From the NCBI GenBank assembly GCA_964650385.1, contig CAZYTP010000003.1, positions 8,576 through 72,575 of the forward strand: 64,000 bases of DNA, in the 5' to 3' direction. The stretch is from an uncultured Syntrophales bacterium (GTDB taxonomy: Bacteria > Desulfobacterota > Syntrophia > Syntrophales > JADFWA01). This document shows, in pieces, positions 39,617 through 51,143 of this stretch. The translations under genes were made by a program, and so were the position numbers. How positions within the stretch are numbered: position 1 is the first letter of the stretch; each line of letters opens with the position of its first letter. The notes beneath the pieces are model-generated. The model was not told the origin of the DNA. It was given only the letters and a program-made list of their open reading frames with translations, and searched no databases.

Positions 39617-40438
39617 TTAACCCCTTTTCCTGATAATATACTTGTCTGAATCCCGGTTTTTCCTTGTCTTATACCCTTTGGTAGGAACTCCCCATGGTGT
39701 TACGGGATGTCTTCCTCCGGAGGATCTGCCCTCTCCTCCACCATGTGGATGATCAACAGGATTCATTACAACGCCACGTACTTTGGGGCGTCTCCCCAGC
39801 CATCTCTTCCTGCCTGCCTTACCCAAACTTATATTCTCATGATCAATATTCCCAACCTGACCGATTGTGGCCTTACACTCCAACAAAATCTTCCTTACTT
39901 CCCCTGAGGGGAGTCGAACCTGCGCATATTTTCCTTCCTTCGCCATAATCTGACCATAGGCGCCTGCGCTTCTAATCATCTGCCCCCCTTTACCAATTTT
40001 TAACTCCAAATTATGGATATGAGAACCGGGGGGTATGTTTTTAAGGATGGTCACGTTGCCCGGTTTTATTTCCACATTTTCACTGCTTACAATAACATCG
40101 CCCACTTTAAGATCCACTGGAGCAAGGATATATCTTTTTTCCCCATCAAAATAATTAAGAAGGGCTATTCTTGAAGACCGATTGGGGTCATATTCAATAG
40201 AAGCCACCCTGGCCGGCACATCAATTTTGTCCCGCTTAAAATCTATTATCCTGTATTTTCTCTTATGCCTTCCACCAATATGCCTGCTGGTTATTCTTCC
40301 ATTGTTGTTTCTTCCCCCGGTTCGACTCAGGGATTGCAAAAGTCCCTTTTCCGGTTGAGTCTTTGTAATCTCCTCAAACGATGAACAGGTCTGAAACCTT
40401 CTGCCTGGTGACGTTGGTTTATACTTTTTAATTGCCAT
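39617..40438 (-). CDS. rplB: 50S ribosomal protein L2
   Basis: [29 protein letters not shown]. Confidence 0.98.
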   Translation of the reverse strand: MAIKKYKPTSPGRRFQTCSSFEEITKTQPEKGLLQSLSRTGGRNNNGRITSRHIGGRHKRKYRIIDFKRDKIDVPARVASIEYDPNRSSRIALLNYFDGEKRYILAPVDLKVGDVIVSSENVEIKPGNVTILKNIPPGSHIHNLELKIGKGGQMIRSAGAYGQIMAKEGKYAQVRLPSGEVRKILLECKATIGQVGNIDHENISLGKAGRKRWLGRRPKVRGVVMNPVDHPHGGGEGRSSGGRHPVTPWGVPTKGYKTRKNRDSDKYIIRKRG

Positions 40439-40497
40439 CTGTACCTAACCTTTAACTCTAAGTTGTAAATTTTAAATCTGTAAATTCAAACCTGCAA

Positions 40498-40785
40498 TTA
40501 AACCCCTTCATAGACTTCTATTCTATCACCGGGAGCAAGAGTAACTATAGCCTTCTTCCAATCCCTCTTCTTACCTGCGACTTTCCCCATCCTTTTCTTC
40601 TTACCAAGCATATTCATCGTAGAAACGTTTAAAACTTTTACTTTAAAAAGCTTTTCAACTGCTTTGGTAATCTCAATTTTATTTGCGCTACGGTCCACCT
40701 CAAAGAAATATTTATTTTCTTCATCTCTTGCAATGGTGCTTTTTTCCGTAATAATCGGTCTTTTTATGACAAAATATATATCCAT
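40498..40785 (-). CDS. rplW: 50S ribosomal protein L23
   Basis: [12 protein letters not shown], 95 aa. Confidence 0.95.
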   Translation of the reverse strand: MDIYFVIKRPIITEKSTIARDEENKYFFEVDRSANKIEITKAVEKLFKVKVLNVSTMNMLGKKKRMGKVAGKKRDWKKAIVTLAPGDRIEVYEGV

Positions 40786-41408
40786 TATGAAAGCATTGCT
40801 CCTTCAAGCATCTTGACAGCCGGTTCTAACAAAACGAGGCTATCATACTTTAGAAGGTCATATACATTAACACCTTCTGTTCTCATCATCTTTATTTCTT
40901 TCAGGTTCCCTGAAGATTTCTCCAAGACAGGATTTGACTTATCCAGAACAAAGAGAACGCTTTTTAATCCGAATCTATCCATTACTTCTTTGAACTTCCT
41001 TGTCTTTATCTCCTCCATGGGAAAATCTCTAAGAATCAATATTCTCTCTTCTTTAGCTTTCATACTAAGGGCAGATATAAGAGCTGCTTTTCTTATCTTC
41101 TTTGGTACCCTAAAAGAATAATCCCTTGGCTTAGGTCCAAACACGACTCCACCACCCCTCCAGATAGGGGACCTTATAGTTCCTACTCTCGCTCTTCCTG
41201 TCCCTTTCTGTCGCCAAGGTTTTCTACCGCCTCCTCTGACATCGCTCCTACCCTTTGTCGAGGATGTACCTAGCCGCCTTGCAGCCATCTGCATTTTCAC
41301 AACCTCGTAGATAAGGCCCTCATGTATCTCTACACCAAAGATAGAATCACTGAGTTCTATTTCAGAAACCTTGTTCTTCTCAATATCATAAACATTTAAA
41401 CCCGGCAT
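40785..41408 (-). CDS. rplD: 50S ribosomal protein L4
   Basis: [28 protein letters not shown]. Confidence 0.97.
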   Translation of the reverse strand: MPGLNVYDIEKNKVSEIELSDSIFGVEIHEGLIYEVVKMQMAARRLGTSSTKGRSDVRGGGRKPWRQKGTGRARVGTIRSPIWRGGGVVFGPKPRDYSFRVPKKIRKAALISALSMKAKEERILILRDFPMEEIKTRKFKEVMDRFGLKSVLFVLDKSNPVLEKSSGNLKEIKMMRTEGVNVYDLLKYDSLVLLEPAVKMLEGAMLS

Positions 41409-41428
41409 TTTGCCACTCCAGATCCTGC

Positions 41429-42064
41429 TTAACCACGCTTTTTAATAGAATTCTTAACCAAAACAATACCGTTCCTGCTTCCTGGAACCGAACCTTTAAT
41501 CAGGATCAAATTTTCATTTGGTCTAATCCCTACTACCACAAGATTTTGTATCGTTTTTCTCTTATCACCCATATGTCCTGGCATCTTTTTCCCTTTAAAA
41601 ACCCTTGAAGGATATGCACTGGCTCCTATAGATCCCGGTGCCCTGTGAAACATAGAACCATGGGTAGCTCTACCCCCTTTAAAACCATATCTCTTTACAA
41701 CACCCGCAAAACCTCTCCCTTTGCTCACTCCAACTACATCAACATAGTCACCTACTTCAAAAATATCAACTTTCAGCTCTTGACCTTTTTCATAATCTTC
41801 AGGAGACATCATCCTGAACTCCCTCAAAATCCGGGGGAAACCACTGCCTGTTTTTTTCAAGTGTCCTTGTATCGGCTTGGTAACGTTTTTTTGTTTCTTC
41901 CGCCCAAAACCCAACTGCATGGCATCGTATCCATCAATTTCTTTGGTTTTTTTCTGTGTAATTACGCAGGGACCCATTTCGATAACTGTAACCGGAATAG
42001 CCATTCCATCTCCTGAAAATACCTGCGTCATCCCTAATTTTCTGCCTATAAGTCCCTTTTCCAT
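41429..42064 (-). CDS. rplC: 50S ribosomal protein L3
   Basis: [16 protein letters not shown]. The ORF begins at GTG 42070; ATG 42064 is preferred. Confidence 0.96.
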   Translation of the reverse strand: MEKGLIGRKLGMTQVFSGDGMAIPVTVIEMGPCVITQKKTKEIDGYDAMQLGFGRKKQKNVTKPIQGHLKKTGSGFPRILREFRMMSPEDYEKGQELKVDIFEVGDYVDVVGVSKGRGFAGVVKRYGFKGGRATHGSMFHRAPGSIGASAYPSRVFKGKKMPGHMGDKRKTIQNLVVVGIRPNENLILIKGSVPGSRNGIVLVKNSIKKRG

Positions 42065-42170
42065 AACCACTCTTCTTTAACTAACCTTTGTAAGGTGAGC
42101 ACTGTATTGACCGAAAGCTCTGCACAACTATGCAAAAACTCTAAGCTCTTAACACTTTCCGCCGTATTAT

Positions 42171-42214
42171 TATATAAAAAACAGGAGACGAATTTTCAGA
42201 AGAATCCATCTCCT
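42171..42214 (-). terminator. strong intrinsic-terminator-like hairpin between rpsJ and rplC
   Basis: The minus-strand RNA reads AGGAGAUGGAUU-cuucugaa-AAUUCGUCUCCU: a 12-bp stem including 2 G-U pairs, followed by G and UUUUUUAUAUA. It starts 17 nt after the rpsJ stop. Confidence 0.65.
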
Positions 42215-42231
42215 TATGCGCTTTCATGCCC

Positions 42232-42540
42232 CTATAATTTTATTTCAACATCAACACCCGCTGAGAGATCCAGCTTCATAAGAGCATCTACGGTCGCCTG
42301 CGTAGGTTCAATAATATCAATCAGCCTTTTATGTGTTCTGATCTCAAATTGTTCCCTTGATTTCTTGTCAACGTGAGGTGATCTGTTGACACAGTACTTA
42401 TTTATCACTGTAGGCAAAGGTATGGGGCCGGCTACGCGAGCACCTGTTCTTTTTGCCGTACCAACAATATCTTCAACAGATCGATCCAGCAACTTATAAT
42501 CATACGCTTTTAGTCGAATTCTTATTTTTTGATTTTCCAT
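42232..42540 (-). CDS. rpsJ: 30S ribosomal protein S10
   Basis: [18 protein letters not shown], 102 aa. Confidence 0.97.
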   Translation of the reverse strand: MENQKIRIRLKAYDYKLLDRSVEDIVGTAKRTGARVAGPIPLPTVINKYCVNRSPHVDKKSREQFEIRTHKRLIDIIEPTQATVDALMKLDLSAGVDVEIKL

Positions 42541-42638
42541 TTATGCCTCTACCAGCAACCAGTGTTCAACAAAAATTGGCGAACCCTTGCCTTTCTTAAT
42601 CTTATTTACGTCTGATAACTGTTTGCCGAGTTTTTCCT

Positions 42639-43832
42639 CTATTCTATAATCTCGCTTACAACACCAGCGCCAACAGTTCTCCCACCTTCACGAATAGCAA
42701 ATCTGAGTTGTTCTTCCATAGCTATAGGAGTAATAAGTTCAACTTCCACGCTTACATTATCACCGGGCATGACCATCTCCACTCCCTCGGGCAGTGTAGC
42801 AACGCCCGTCACGTCCGTTGTCCTGAAATAAAACTGAGGCCTATAACCGGAAAAGAAAGGAGTATGTCTCCCTCCCTCTTCCTTGGTAAGAACATAAACC
42901 GTTGCTTTAAATTTTGTGTGAGGGGTAATGGAACCGGGCTTTGCTACAACCTGCCCTCTTTCTACCTCATCCCGCTTGGTACCCCTAAGGAGTACACCTA
43001 TATCATCACCAGCTCTTCCCTCATCTAATGTCTTACGGAACATCTCGACACCGGTACACACAGTCTTTAAAGTAGGTCTAATGCCGACCACTTCTACGTC
43101 ATCTCCCGTCCTTACGATACCCCGGTCAGCTCTTCCGGTGACCACGGTACCTCGCCCGGATATACTGAAAACATCCCCAATCGGCATTAGAAACGGTTTG
43201 TCCAGATCACGAACAGGTTCTGGAATGTAGGCATCAACAGCATCCATCAATTCCCAAATAGACTTAACATCTTCAGAGTCCGGATCATCACTCTCGAGAG
43301 CCTTCAGGGCCGATCCTCTGATAATCGGAATATCATCACCCGGAAAATCATACTCAGTGAGGAGTTCCCTCATTTCAAGTTCTACCAGATCAAGCAGTTC
43401 CGGATCATCAACCAGATCAACCTTGTTCATATAAATCACGACATATGGAACCTGAACCTGTCTTGCAAGAAGGATATGTTCTCTCGTTTGAGGCATAGGC
43501 CCATCCGACGCAGCCACTACCAGGATGGTACCATCCATGTGGGCCGCCCCCGAAATCATATTTTTTATATAGTCGGCATGGCCTGGACAGTCAACGTGTG
43601 CATAATGTCTTTTGTCCGTTTCATACTCCACATGGGCGATATTAATTGTGACACCCCTTTCCTTCTCTTCAGGAGCATTATCGATCGCATCGAAAGACAT
43701 AAATTCTGCAAGCCCTTTTGAGGCCAGATGCTTTGTAATTGCAGAGGTAAGTGTTGTCTTCCCATGATCCACATGACCTATTGTTCCTATATTTAGATGC
43801 GGTTTTGTCCTTTCAAATTTTTTCTTGGCCAT
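42639..43832 (-). CDS. tuf: elongation factor Tu
   Basis: [28 protein letters not shown]. The ORF is trimmed to its third codon, ATG 43832, which sits 8 nt after GGGGG. Confidence 0.98.
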   Translation of the reverse strand: MAKKKFERTKPHLNIGTIGHVDHGKTTLTSAITKHLASKGLAEFMSFDAIDNAPEEKERGVTINIAHVEYETDKRHYAHVDCPGHADYIKNMISGAAHMDGTILVVAASDGPMPQTREHILLARQVQVPYVVIYMNKVDLVDDPELLDLVELEMRELLTEYDFPGDDIPIIRGSALKALESDDPDSEDVKSIWELMDAVDAYIPEPVRDLDKPFLMPIGDVFSISGRGTVVTGRADRGIVRTGDDVEVVGIRPTLKTVCTGVEMFRKTLDEGRAGDDIGVLLRGTKRDEVERGQVVAKPGSITPHTKFKATVYVLTKEEGGRHTPFFSGYRPQFYFRTTDVTGVATLPEGVEMVMPGDNVSVEVELITPIAMEEQLRFAIREGGRTVGAGVVSEIIE

Positions 43833-43896
43833 CTCCATTACCCCCTTTTAAAGATAAATATAGTTGGTTTGATTATCCTACCTTTTTAAAGTTCTG

Positions 43897-45972
43897 TCAA
43901 TTTAACTTTTTCTCAATTATGTCTTTCGCTAACCCCTCAGAGACTGTATTATAATTGAGTAATTGCATTGTATAGGTGGCCCTTCCCTGAGTCTTGGATC
44001 GTAAATCAGTCGCATAGCCAAACATTTCAGCCAGAGGAACCTCCGCATGTATCGCTTCCGAATCCGGTCTCGATTCAATACTGACGATCTTTCCCCTCCT
44101 GGCGCCAAGATTGCCTATCACATCTCCCATATACTCCTTGGGAACAATGATTTCAACAGACATAATCGGCTCGAGAAGCACCGGATGAGCCCGTTTCATA
44201 CCATTTTTAAATCCTATTGAACCGGCCATCTTAAATGCCACTTCTGATGAATCAACGTCATGAAAAGATCCGTCAACCAGGTTTACTACCACATCAACAA
44301 TTGGGAAACCAGCGAGTATTCCATTTTCCATCGCCTCAACAATTCCTTTTTCTACTGCCGGTATATATTCACGTGGGATAACACCCCCAACAATTTTATT
44401 CCGGAATTCAAAACCCCGACCAATTTCAGCAGGTTCAATCTCCAGCCACACATGACCATATTGCCCTCTGCCTCCGGACTGCTTCACAAACTTCCCTTCC
44501 GATCTGACATTTTTTCTAATCGTTTCTTTGTAAGCTACCTGTGGACTGCCGATATTTGCCCCGAGACCAAACTCCCTGGAAAGCCTGTCAACAATAATTT
44601 CGAGGTGTAATTCCCCCATCCCGGAAATCAGCGTCTGCCCGGTCTCTTTGTCAAGCTTCACCTTAAAGGAAGGATCCTCCCGAGTAATCTTCCGTAGAGC
44701 CTCACCCAGCTTCTCTTCATCTGCCTTCGTTTTAGGCTCTATTGCTATAGCGATAACCGGCTCCGGAAATTCAAGCGTTTCAAGTCTCAACGGATGACCA
44801 GTATCGGTTATCGTATCACCCGTAGTGGATGAATCCAACCCAACTGCTGCAGCAATATCACCGGTGCGAACTTCCTTGATCTCTTCTCTTTTATTGGCAT
44901 GCATTTTGAGCAGTCGTCCAATTCTTTCTTTCCTCATTGCCGAGGCATTATACACATTAGAGCCCGCTCTCAAAACGCCGGAATAAACTCTGAAGTATGT
45001 CAATTGACCAACAAATGGATCGGTTACAATCTTGAAGGCAAGAGCCGAAAATGGCGAATCATCACTGGCGATCCTTTCCACATCCCTTCCATCCGTATCT
45101 TTTCCCACCACCGTAGGTCTGTCCAAGGGGGATGGAAGAAAATCTACCACCGCATCCAGAAGAGACTGAACACCCTTGTTCTTAAACGCAGAACCACATA
45201 AAACCGGTATTACTTTTAAAGACAGGGTTGCTTCCCTAATAACTTTTGCTATTTCTTCATGTGAAAGAGCTTCTTCATCCAAATATTTCTTCATCAAGCC
45301 CTCGTCATAATCGGCAAGGCACTCAATGAGTTTTTCTCTATACTCACCGGCAATATCTACCATCTCAGGTGGAATTTCTTCCACATTAAAATTACTTCCC
45401 AGTGAATCTTCGTCATAAATAACGGCCCGCATACGAACAAGGTCAACAATCCCCCTGAATTTACTTTCTCCTCCTATCGGAAGCTGTATCGGAAGTGGAT
45501 TCGTACCGAGTCTCTCTCTGATGGCTGAAACAACCTTAATAAAATCCGCGCCGACTCTGTCCATCTTATTGACAAATGCGATACGTGGAACACGGTATTT
45601 ATCGGCTTGCCTCCAGACAGCCTCTGACTGAGGTTCTACACCACCCACAGCACAGAAAAGCGCAACAGCACCATCTAAAATTCTCAAAGATCTTTCAACT
45701 TCTGCCGTAAAATCAACATGACCTGGCGTATCTATTATATTTATTTGATTATTTGCCCAAGTACATGTAGTTGCCGCAGAGGTTATCGTAATACCTCTTT
45801 CCTGTTCTTGCTCCATCCAGTCCATGACGGCCGTACCATCATGAACTTCCCCCATTTTATAGGATTCCTGGGTATAATATAATATCCGCTCTGTCGTAGT
45901 GGTTTTCCCGGCATCTATATGAGCCATAATGCCGATATTACGAATATGATTTAAAGGAACTACACGTGCCAA
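43897..45972 (-). CDS. fusA: elongation factor G
   Basis: [24 protein letters not shown], 691 aa. Confidence 0.98.
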   Translation of the reverse strand: MARVVPLNHIRNIGIMAHIDAGKTTTTERILYYTQESYKMGEVHDGTAVMDWMEQEQERGITITSAATTCTWANNQINIIDTPGHVDFTAEVERSLRILDGAVALFCAVGGVEPQSEAVWRQADKYRVPRIAFVNKMDRVGADFIKVVSAIRERLGTNPLPIQLPIGGESKFRGIVDLVRMRAVIYDEDSLGSNFNVEEIPPEMVDIAGEYREKLIECLADYDEGLMKKYLDEEALSHEEIAKVIREATLSLKVIPVLCGSAFKNKGVQSLLDAVVDFLPSPLDRPTVVGKDTDGRDVERIASDDSPFSALAFKIVTDPFVGQLTYFRVYSGVLRAGSNVYNASAMRKERIGRLLKMHANKREEIKEVRTGDIAAAVGLDSSTTGDTITDTGHPLRLETLEFPEPVIAIAIEPKTKADEEKLGEALRKITREDPSFKVKLDKETGQTLISGMGELHLEIIVDRLSREFGLGANIGSPQVAYKETIRKNVRSEGKFVKQSGGRGQYGHVWLEIEPAEIGRGFEFRNKIVGGVIPREYIPAVEKGIVEAMENGILAGFPIVDVVVNLVDGSFHDVDSSEVAFKMAGSIGFKNGMKRAHPVLLEPIMSVEIIVPKEYMGDVIGNLGARRGKIVSIESRPDSEAIHAEVPLAEMFGYATDLRSKTQGRATYTMQLLNYNTVSEGLAKDIIEKKLN

Positions 45973-45988
45973 TTCAATTCACCGCCAC

Positions 45989-46459
45989 TTAAAATCTGTA
46001 ATGAGCAAAGGCTTTATTTGCCTCAGCCATTTTGTGTACATCCTCTTTCTTTTTGACAGTGGCTCCTCTGCCATTGGCGGCGTCTATCAGTTCGGCAGCT
46101 AACTTCTCTTTCATGCTTTTACCGGCACGCTTTCTTGCATTATCTATCAACCACTTAATCCCCAGAGAAACCCTCCTAGTCTGTCTTACTTCCGTAGGCA
46201 CCTGATAAGTGGATCCTCCTACCCGCCTCGATTTTACTTCTATGACAGGTTTTACATTACTTATAGCTTTCTCAAAAACTTCGATAGGCAACTCTTTTGT
46301 CTTCTCTTCAATAATATCAAAAGCCCCATAGAAGATAGATTCAGCAGTACTCTTTTTCCCTTTCAATAACAGATTGTTAATGAATTTTGCCACGAGTTCG
46401 CTATTATACCTGGAATCAGGCAGGATTTCTCTCTTTGCTATCTCTCTTCTTCTCGGCAT
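45989..46459 (-). CDS. rpsG: 30S ribosomal protein S7
   Basis: [20 protein letters not shown]. Confidence 0.97.
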   Translation of the reverse strand: MPRRREIAKREILPDSRYNSELVAKFINNLLLKGKKSTAESIFYGAFDIIEEKTKELPIEVFEKAISNVKPVIEVKSRRVGGSTYQVPTEVRQTRRVSLGIKWLIDNARKRAGKSMKEKLAAELIDAANGRGATVKKKEDVHKMAEANKAFAHYRF

Positions 46460-46478
46460 TTATGACTACTCCCAAAGA

Positions 46479-46850
46479 TCAACTTGGTTTTTTGGTTCCG
46501 TATTTCGATCTACTCTTTTTCCTGTCCTGGACACCCATGGTGTCGAGTGTCCCCCTTACTACCTGATACCTCACCCCGGGAAGATCCTTGACCCTGCCTC
46601 CCCTGACAAGGACAACAGAGTGTTCCTGGAGATTATGTCCCATTCCCGGTATATATGAGGTCACTTCATAGCCACTGGTAAGACGCACCCTTGCCACTTT
46701 TCTCAATGCAGAATTAGGCTTCTTAGGTGTTGAAGTATAAACCCTGATACAGACTCCCCTTCTCTGCGGAGAACCGGCAAGTGCAGGTGTTGTGGCTTTC
46801 TTTTTTATCTTTATTCGGCCTTTACGAACCAGCTGATTTATTGTAGGCAT
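46479..46850 (-). CDS. rpsL: 30S ribosomal protein S12
   Basis: Trimmed to [12 protein letters not shown] (GGGGGG SD). Confidence 0.97.
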   Translation of the reverse strand: MPTINQLVRKGRIKIKKKATTPALAGSPQRRGVCIRVYTSTPKKPNSALRKVARVRLTSGYEVTSYIPGMGHNLQEHSVVLVRGGRVKDLPGVRYQVVRGTLDTMGVQDRKKSRSKYGTKKPS

Positions 46851-46900
46851 CATCCCCCCATCGGTTAATAACTTATATAAAGGCAAAGTTTGGTTCTCTA

Positions 46901-49900
46901 TCAATTACCAACTTGCATGTCAAGTGTTTTCTCGTCTACTTTTTCGGTTATTTGCTCTAACTTATCATCACCTTCAATTTCCATCCCCAACTTCTTATAC
47001 ACACTGACACCTGTTCCCGCCGGGATCAACCTTCCCATTATAACATTCTCCTTAAGCCCCCTGAGGTAATCAACTTTCCCGGCCATGCTGGCCTCCGTAA
47101 GAACACGTGTCGTCTCCTGAAAAGACGCTGCCGAAATAAAGCTCCCGGTACTAAGAGATGCCTTAGTAATCCCCAAAAGAACCGGTTCACCTATAGCAGG
47201 TTGACCTCCCTCGGCTATAACTTTTTCATTTTCTTCCTCGAATAAATGCTTTTCCACCTGCTCATCTGTAAGGAAAGATGTATCGCCCGGTTTTGTCACT
47301 TTAATTCTGCGAAGCATCTGACGCACAATAATTTCTATATGTTTGTCATTAATTTTGACACCCTGTAGCCTATAAACTTCCTGTACTTCATCAACTAAAT
47401 ACCGGGCTAATTCTTTTTCTCCCTTAATAGCAAGAAGATCATGAGGATTCTGCGCACCACCCATCAGAGGTTCACCAGCCACAACTCTGTCACCTTCCTG
47501 TACACTTATATGTTTCCCCTTGGGAATCAGGTATTCTCTTTGATCACCGATATCCGGGGTTATAACAACCTTTCTTTTTCCCTTTACATCTTTACCGAAC
47601 GAAGCCACCCCGTCGATTTCTGTTATTACAGCATATTCCTTCGGTTTTCTCGCTTCAAAAAGTTCCGCCACCCTGGGAAGACCACCGGTAATATCCTTTG
47701 TCTTTGTGGTCTCTCGAGGAATCTTTGCAATAATGTCACCAGCATTTACCTGCTGACCTTCCGACGCAACAATGTTTACGCCAACTGAAAGTTGGTGCCT
47801 TGCAATCGTATTCGTTCCCGGCAGCTTAACCGTTTTTCCGTCTTTATCTTTTAACGAAATCCTCGGACGTAAATTTGAATCCTTAGATTCAACAACAACC
47901 TTTCTGGAAAGACCAGTCACCTCGTCAACCTGTTCCTTCATGGTCACCCCTTCAACAATATCTCCGAACTTGATTGTTCCATCAACCTCTGAAAGAATTG
48001 GTATTGAAAAGGGGTCCCATTCTGCAATCAGTTCTCCTTCTTTTATCCCATAACCATCAGCCACCTTTACATGTGCCCCATATGGAACAGGATATCTACC
48101 GCGGCTTCTCTCTTTCTCATCCAGGACGTGGATTTCTCCGCTTCTGTTCATCACGATAAGCTGTTTTTCTTTGCCCTTAACCGTATTGAGATCCACGAAC
48201 TTTATGGTACCCGAATGCCTCGCCTCCAAGGTAGAGTGTTCTTCGAACTTTGCGGTACCACCAATATGAAAAGTTCGCATAGTCAGCTGGGTTCCGGGTT
48301 CACCGATCGATTGAGCTGCAATAATGCCGACCGTTTCACCAATATTTACCAAGTGCCCATGGGACAAATCCCTTCCATAACACCTGGCACAAGCGCCTTG
48401 TTTTGACTTGCACGTCAGAACGGATCTTATTTTAATCCTCTCTATACCTGCTCGGTCAATCTTATCTACTAGCGCTTCATCAATTTCCTGATTCGCCCCT
48501 ACTATAATTTCTCCTGTAAAAGGATCCTTGATAGCATCCAGGGTAACCCTACCCAAAACACGCTCACCCGCTGCTTCTATTATCTCCCCGCCTTCCGACA
48601 GGGCAGAAACATAGATGCCATCGATCGTTCCACAATCTTCCTCAGTAATAATACAGTCCTGAGCCACATCGACAAGTCTCCTGGTAAGATACCCGGAATT
48701 TGCCGTCTTAAGTGCAGTATCAGCAAGACCTTTCCTGGCACCGTGTGTAGAAATAAAATATTGGAGAACAGATAGCCCTTCCCTGAAATTTGCAGTAATC
48801 GGTGTCTCAATAATCTCACCGGATGGTTTCGCCATTAACCCCCTCATACCTGCAAGCTGTCTTATCTGCGCAGCACTTCCCCTCGCACCCGAATCAGCCA
48901 TCATATAAATAGGATTAAAGCTTTTTATCTTTATCTTTTTATTATCCGGCCCCATCACCTCTTTCGTTCCGATAGCTCCGAGCATCTCAGCAGCAACCTT
49001 CTCAGTAGCCTGAGCCCAGATGTCTATGACTTTATTATAACGTTCTCCATCTGTAATAAGACCATCCATATATTGTTTCTGAATCTCCAAAACACCTTCG
49101 TCGGCTTTTGCAACAATCTCCTTTTTGCTGGAAGGTATCATCATATTATCAATCGCAAAAGATGCACCAGACATAGTAGCAATCTTGAAACCAAGATCTT
49201 TTAATCTATCCGCCAGTAAAACCGTTGCCTTATCCCCACAAGACCTGTAACAATAATCAATAAGGTCTGCCAACATCTTCTTGCTCATAACTTTATTAAT
49301 GATATCAAAGGGAATTCCTTCAGGAACAACTTCATAAAGTAAAACTCTACCTGTCGTTGTATCCGTTAGTTTTCCCTCAATTCTAACTTTAATCTTCGCA
49401 TGAAGATCAATCACGCCGGCATCAAAGGCACTTCTAACTTCATCGGGATCAGAAAAGATCATATCCTCTCCCATAACACGGTCTTCGGACCTCGTTAGAT
49501 AATAAATTCCGAGGACAATATCCTGACCTGGAACAATAATCGGCTTACCATTAGCCGGTGAGAGAATGTTATTTGTCGACATCATAAGAACCCTGGCTTC
49601 TGTTTGTGCTTCAATAGATAAAGGCACATGTACAGCCATCTGGTCTCCGTCGAAATCAGCATTGAATGCAGGGCAGACCAGAGGATGAAGCTGTATCGCC
49701 TTTCCTTCTATAAGCACAGGTTCAAAAGCCTGCATGCCAAGCCTGTGTAAAGTCGGAGCTCTATTAAGCATAACGGGATATTCACGGACAACCTCATCTA
49801 ATGCATCCCATACCTCCGGGATCTCCCTTTCAACCATCCTTTTAGCGCTCTTCACAGTGGTAACATAACCCTTCGCCTGAAGCCTGTTGTAAATGAATGG

Positions 49901-51037
49901 CTTGAAGAGCTCCAACGCCATCTTTTTAGGAAGTCCACATTGATGTAATCTCAAGTCGGGTCCTACAGTAATGACGGATCTTCCTGAGTAATCAACCCTC
50001 TTGCCAAGGAGATTCTGTCTGAACCTGCCCTGCTTCCCTTTCAGCATATCCGACAGCGATCTAAGAGGTCTCTTGTTGGAACCGGTAATAGCCCTTCCTC
50101 TCCTGCCGTTGTCAAAGAGGACATCTACAGACTCCTGAAGCATCCTTTTCTCGTTTCTTATGATAATTTCCGGTGCAGAGAGTTCCTGCAAACGTTTCAG
50201 GCGGTTGTTCCTGTTAATAACCCTTCTGTAAAGATCGTTTAGATCAGACGTGGCAAAACGGCCGCCATCCAGGGGAACCAGAGGCCGGAGCTCTGGAGGA
50301 ATTACCGGTAAAACTGTCAGAATCATCCATTCTGGTTTATTTCCCGATTTTTTAAGTGCTTCAACAATTTTTAGCCTCTTTAAATACTTCTTCTTTTTGG
50401 TTTCAGAGGTAGCTACTTTCAATTCCGATCTGAGTTCTTCATCCAATCCATCTATGTCAACTTCTTCCAGAAGTTTTCTAACAGCTTCAGCGCCTATCCC
50501 TGCCTCAAAGGCATCCGGGCCATACTCCTCCCTCAATTCCGCATAACTCTCCTCAGAAAGTACTTCCTTCTTTTTCAAAGGTGTATCTTTGGGATCCAAT
50601 ACGATCCAGCATTCAAAATAGAGCACCCTCTCCAGTTCTTTAAGCGTCAAATCAAGTACATTACCTATTCGGCTGGGAAGACTCTTCAGAAACCATATAT
50701 GGGCTACAGGTGCTGATAAGGTTATGTGTCCCATTCTTTCTCTGCGAACCTTTGACTGGATAACCTCAACACCGCACTTTTCGCAGACAACCCCTCTGTG
50801 TTTCATCCTCTTATATCTGCCACAAAGGCATTCGTAATCCTTAACTGGACCGAATATCTTTGCGCAAAAAAGCCCTTCTCTCTCCGGCTTGAATGTCCTG
50901 TAGTTTATTGTCTCAGGTTTCTTGACTTCACCCTGAGACCACGAAAGAATACTCTCCGGCGAGGCAATGGACATTTTTATTGCATTAAACCTCACGGGAT
51001 CCTTCGGCTTTTCAAAAAAACTGAATATATCTTCCAC
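46901..51037 (-). CDS. rpoC: DNA-directed RNA polymerase subunit beta'
   Basis: Contains NADFDGDQM. The ORF begins at TTG 51064. GTG 51037 has AGGGAG 9 nt upstream and gives [28 protein letters not shown], colinear with the E. coli N-terminus. Confidence 0.97.
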   Translation of the reverse strand: MEDIFSFFEKPKDPVRFNAIKMSIASPESILSWSQGEVKKPETINYRTFKPEREGLFCAKIFGPVKDYECLCGRYKRMKHRGVVCEKCGVEVIQSKVRRERMGHITLSAPVAHIWFLKSLPSRIGNVLDLTLKELERVLYFECWIVLDPKDTPLKKKEVLSEESYAELREEYGPDAFEAGIGAEAVRKLLEEVDIDGLDEELRSELKVATSETKKKKYLKRLKIVEALKKSGNKPEWMILTVLPVIPPELRPLVPLDGGRFATSDLNDLYRRVINRNNRLKRLQELSAPEIIIRNEKRMLQESVDVLFDNGRRGRAITGSNKRPLRSLSDMLKGKQGRFRQNLLGKRVDYSGRSVITVGPDLRLHQCGLPKKMALELFKPFIYNRLQAKGYVTTVKSAKRMVEREIPEVWDALDEVVREYPVMLNRAPTLHRLGMQAFEPVLIEGKAIQLHPLVCPAFNADFDGDQMAVHVPLSIEAQTEARVLMMSTNNILSPANGKPIIVPGQDIVLGIYYLTRSEDRVMGEDMIFSDPDEVRSAFDAGVIDLHAKIKVRIEGKLTDTTTGRVLLYEVVPEGIPFDIINKVMSKKMLADLIDYCYRSCGDKATVLLADRLKDLGFKIATMSGASFAIDNMMIPSSKKEIVAKADEGVLEIQKQYMDGLITDGERYNKVIDIWAQATEKVAAEMLGAIGTKEVMGPDNKKIKIKSFNPIYMMADSGARGSAAQIRQLAGMRGLMAKPSGEIIETPITANFREGLSVLQYFISTHGARKGLADTALKTANSGYLTRRLVDVAQDCIITEEDCGTIDGIYVSALSEGGEIIEAAGERVLGRVTLDAIKDPFTGEIIVGANQEIDEALVDKIDRAGIERIKIRSVLTCKSKQGACARCYGRDLSHGHLVNIGETVGIIAAQSIGEPGTQLTMRTFHIGGTAKFEEHSTLEARHSGTIKFVDLNTVKGKEKQLIVMNRSGEIHVLDEKERSRGRYPVPYGAHVKVADGYGIKEGELIAEWDPFSIPILSEVDGTIKFGDIVEGVTMKEQVDEVTGLSRKVVVESKDSNLRPRISLKDKDGKTVKLPGTNTIARHQLSVGVNIVASEGQQVNAGDIIAKIPRETTKTKDITGGLPRVAELFEARKPKEYAVITEIDGVASFGKDVKGKRKVVITPDIGDQREYLIPKGKHISVQEGDRVVAGEPLMGGAQNPHDLLAIKGEKELARYLVDEVQEVYRLQGVKINDKHIEIIVRQMLRRIKVTKPGDTSFLTDEQVEKHLFEEENEKVIAEGGQPAIGEPVLLGITKASLSTGSFISAASFQETTRVLTEASMAGKVDYLRGLKENVIMGRLIPAGTGVSVYKKLGMEIEGDDKLEQITEKVDEKTLDMQVGN

Positions 51038-51143
51038 TGAACATATCTCCCTAATTAGATTCAATCCTGAATCTTTTAATTTTACTTTTTAACTCTTCAT
51101 GCTGGAACAAGTTCGGCAGGCCATTTAATGATTTTAATGAAAA

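Noticed and set aside
42541-42638. Searched the tuf-rpsJ spacer for the terminator expected after tuf.
   Set aside because: Only a 3-5 bp GGC/GCC pairing near an AAUUUUUG tract is present. It is too weak to call, so tuf and rpsJ are probably co-transcribed.
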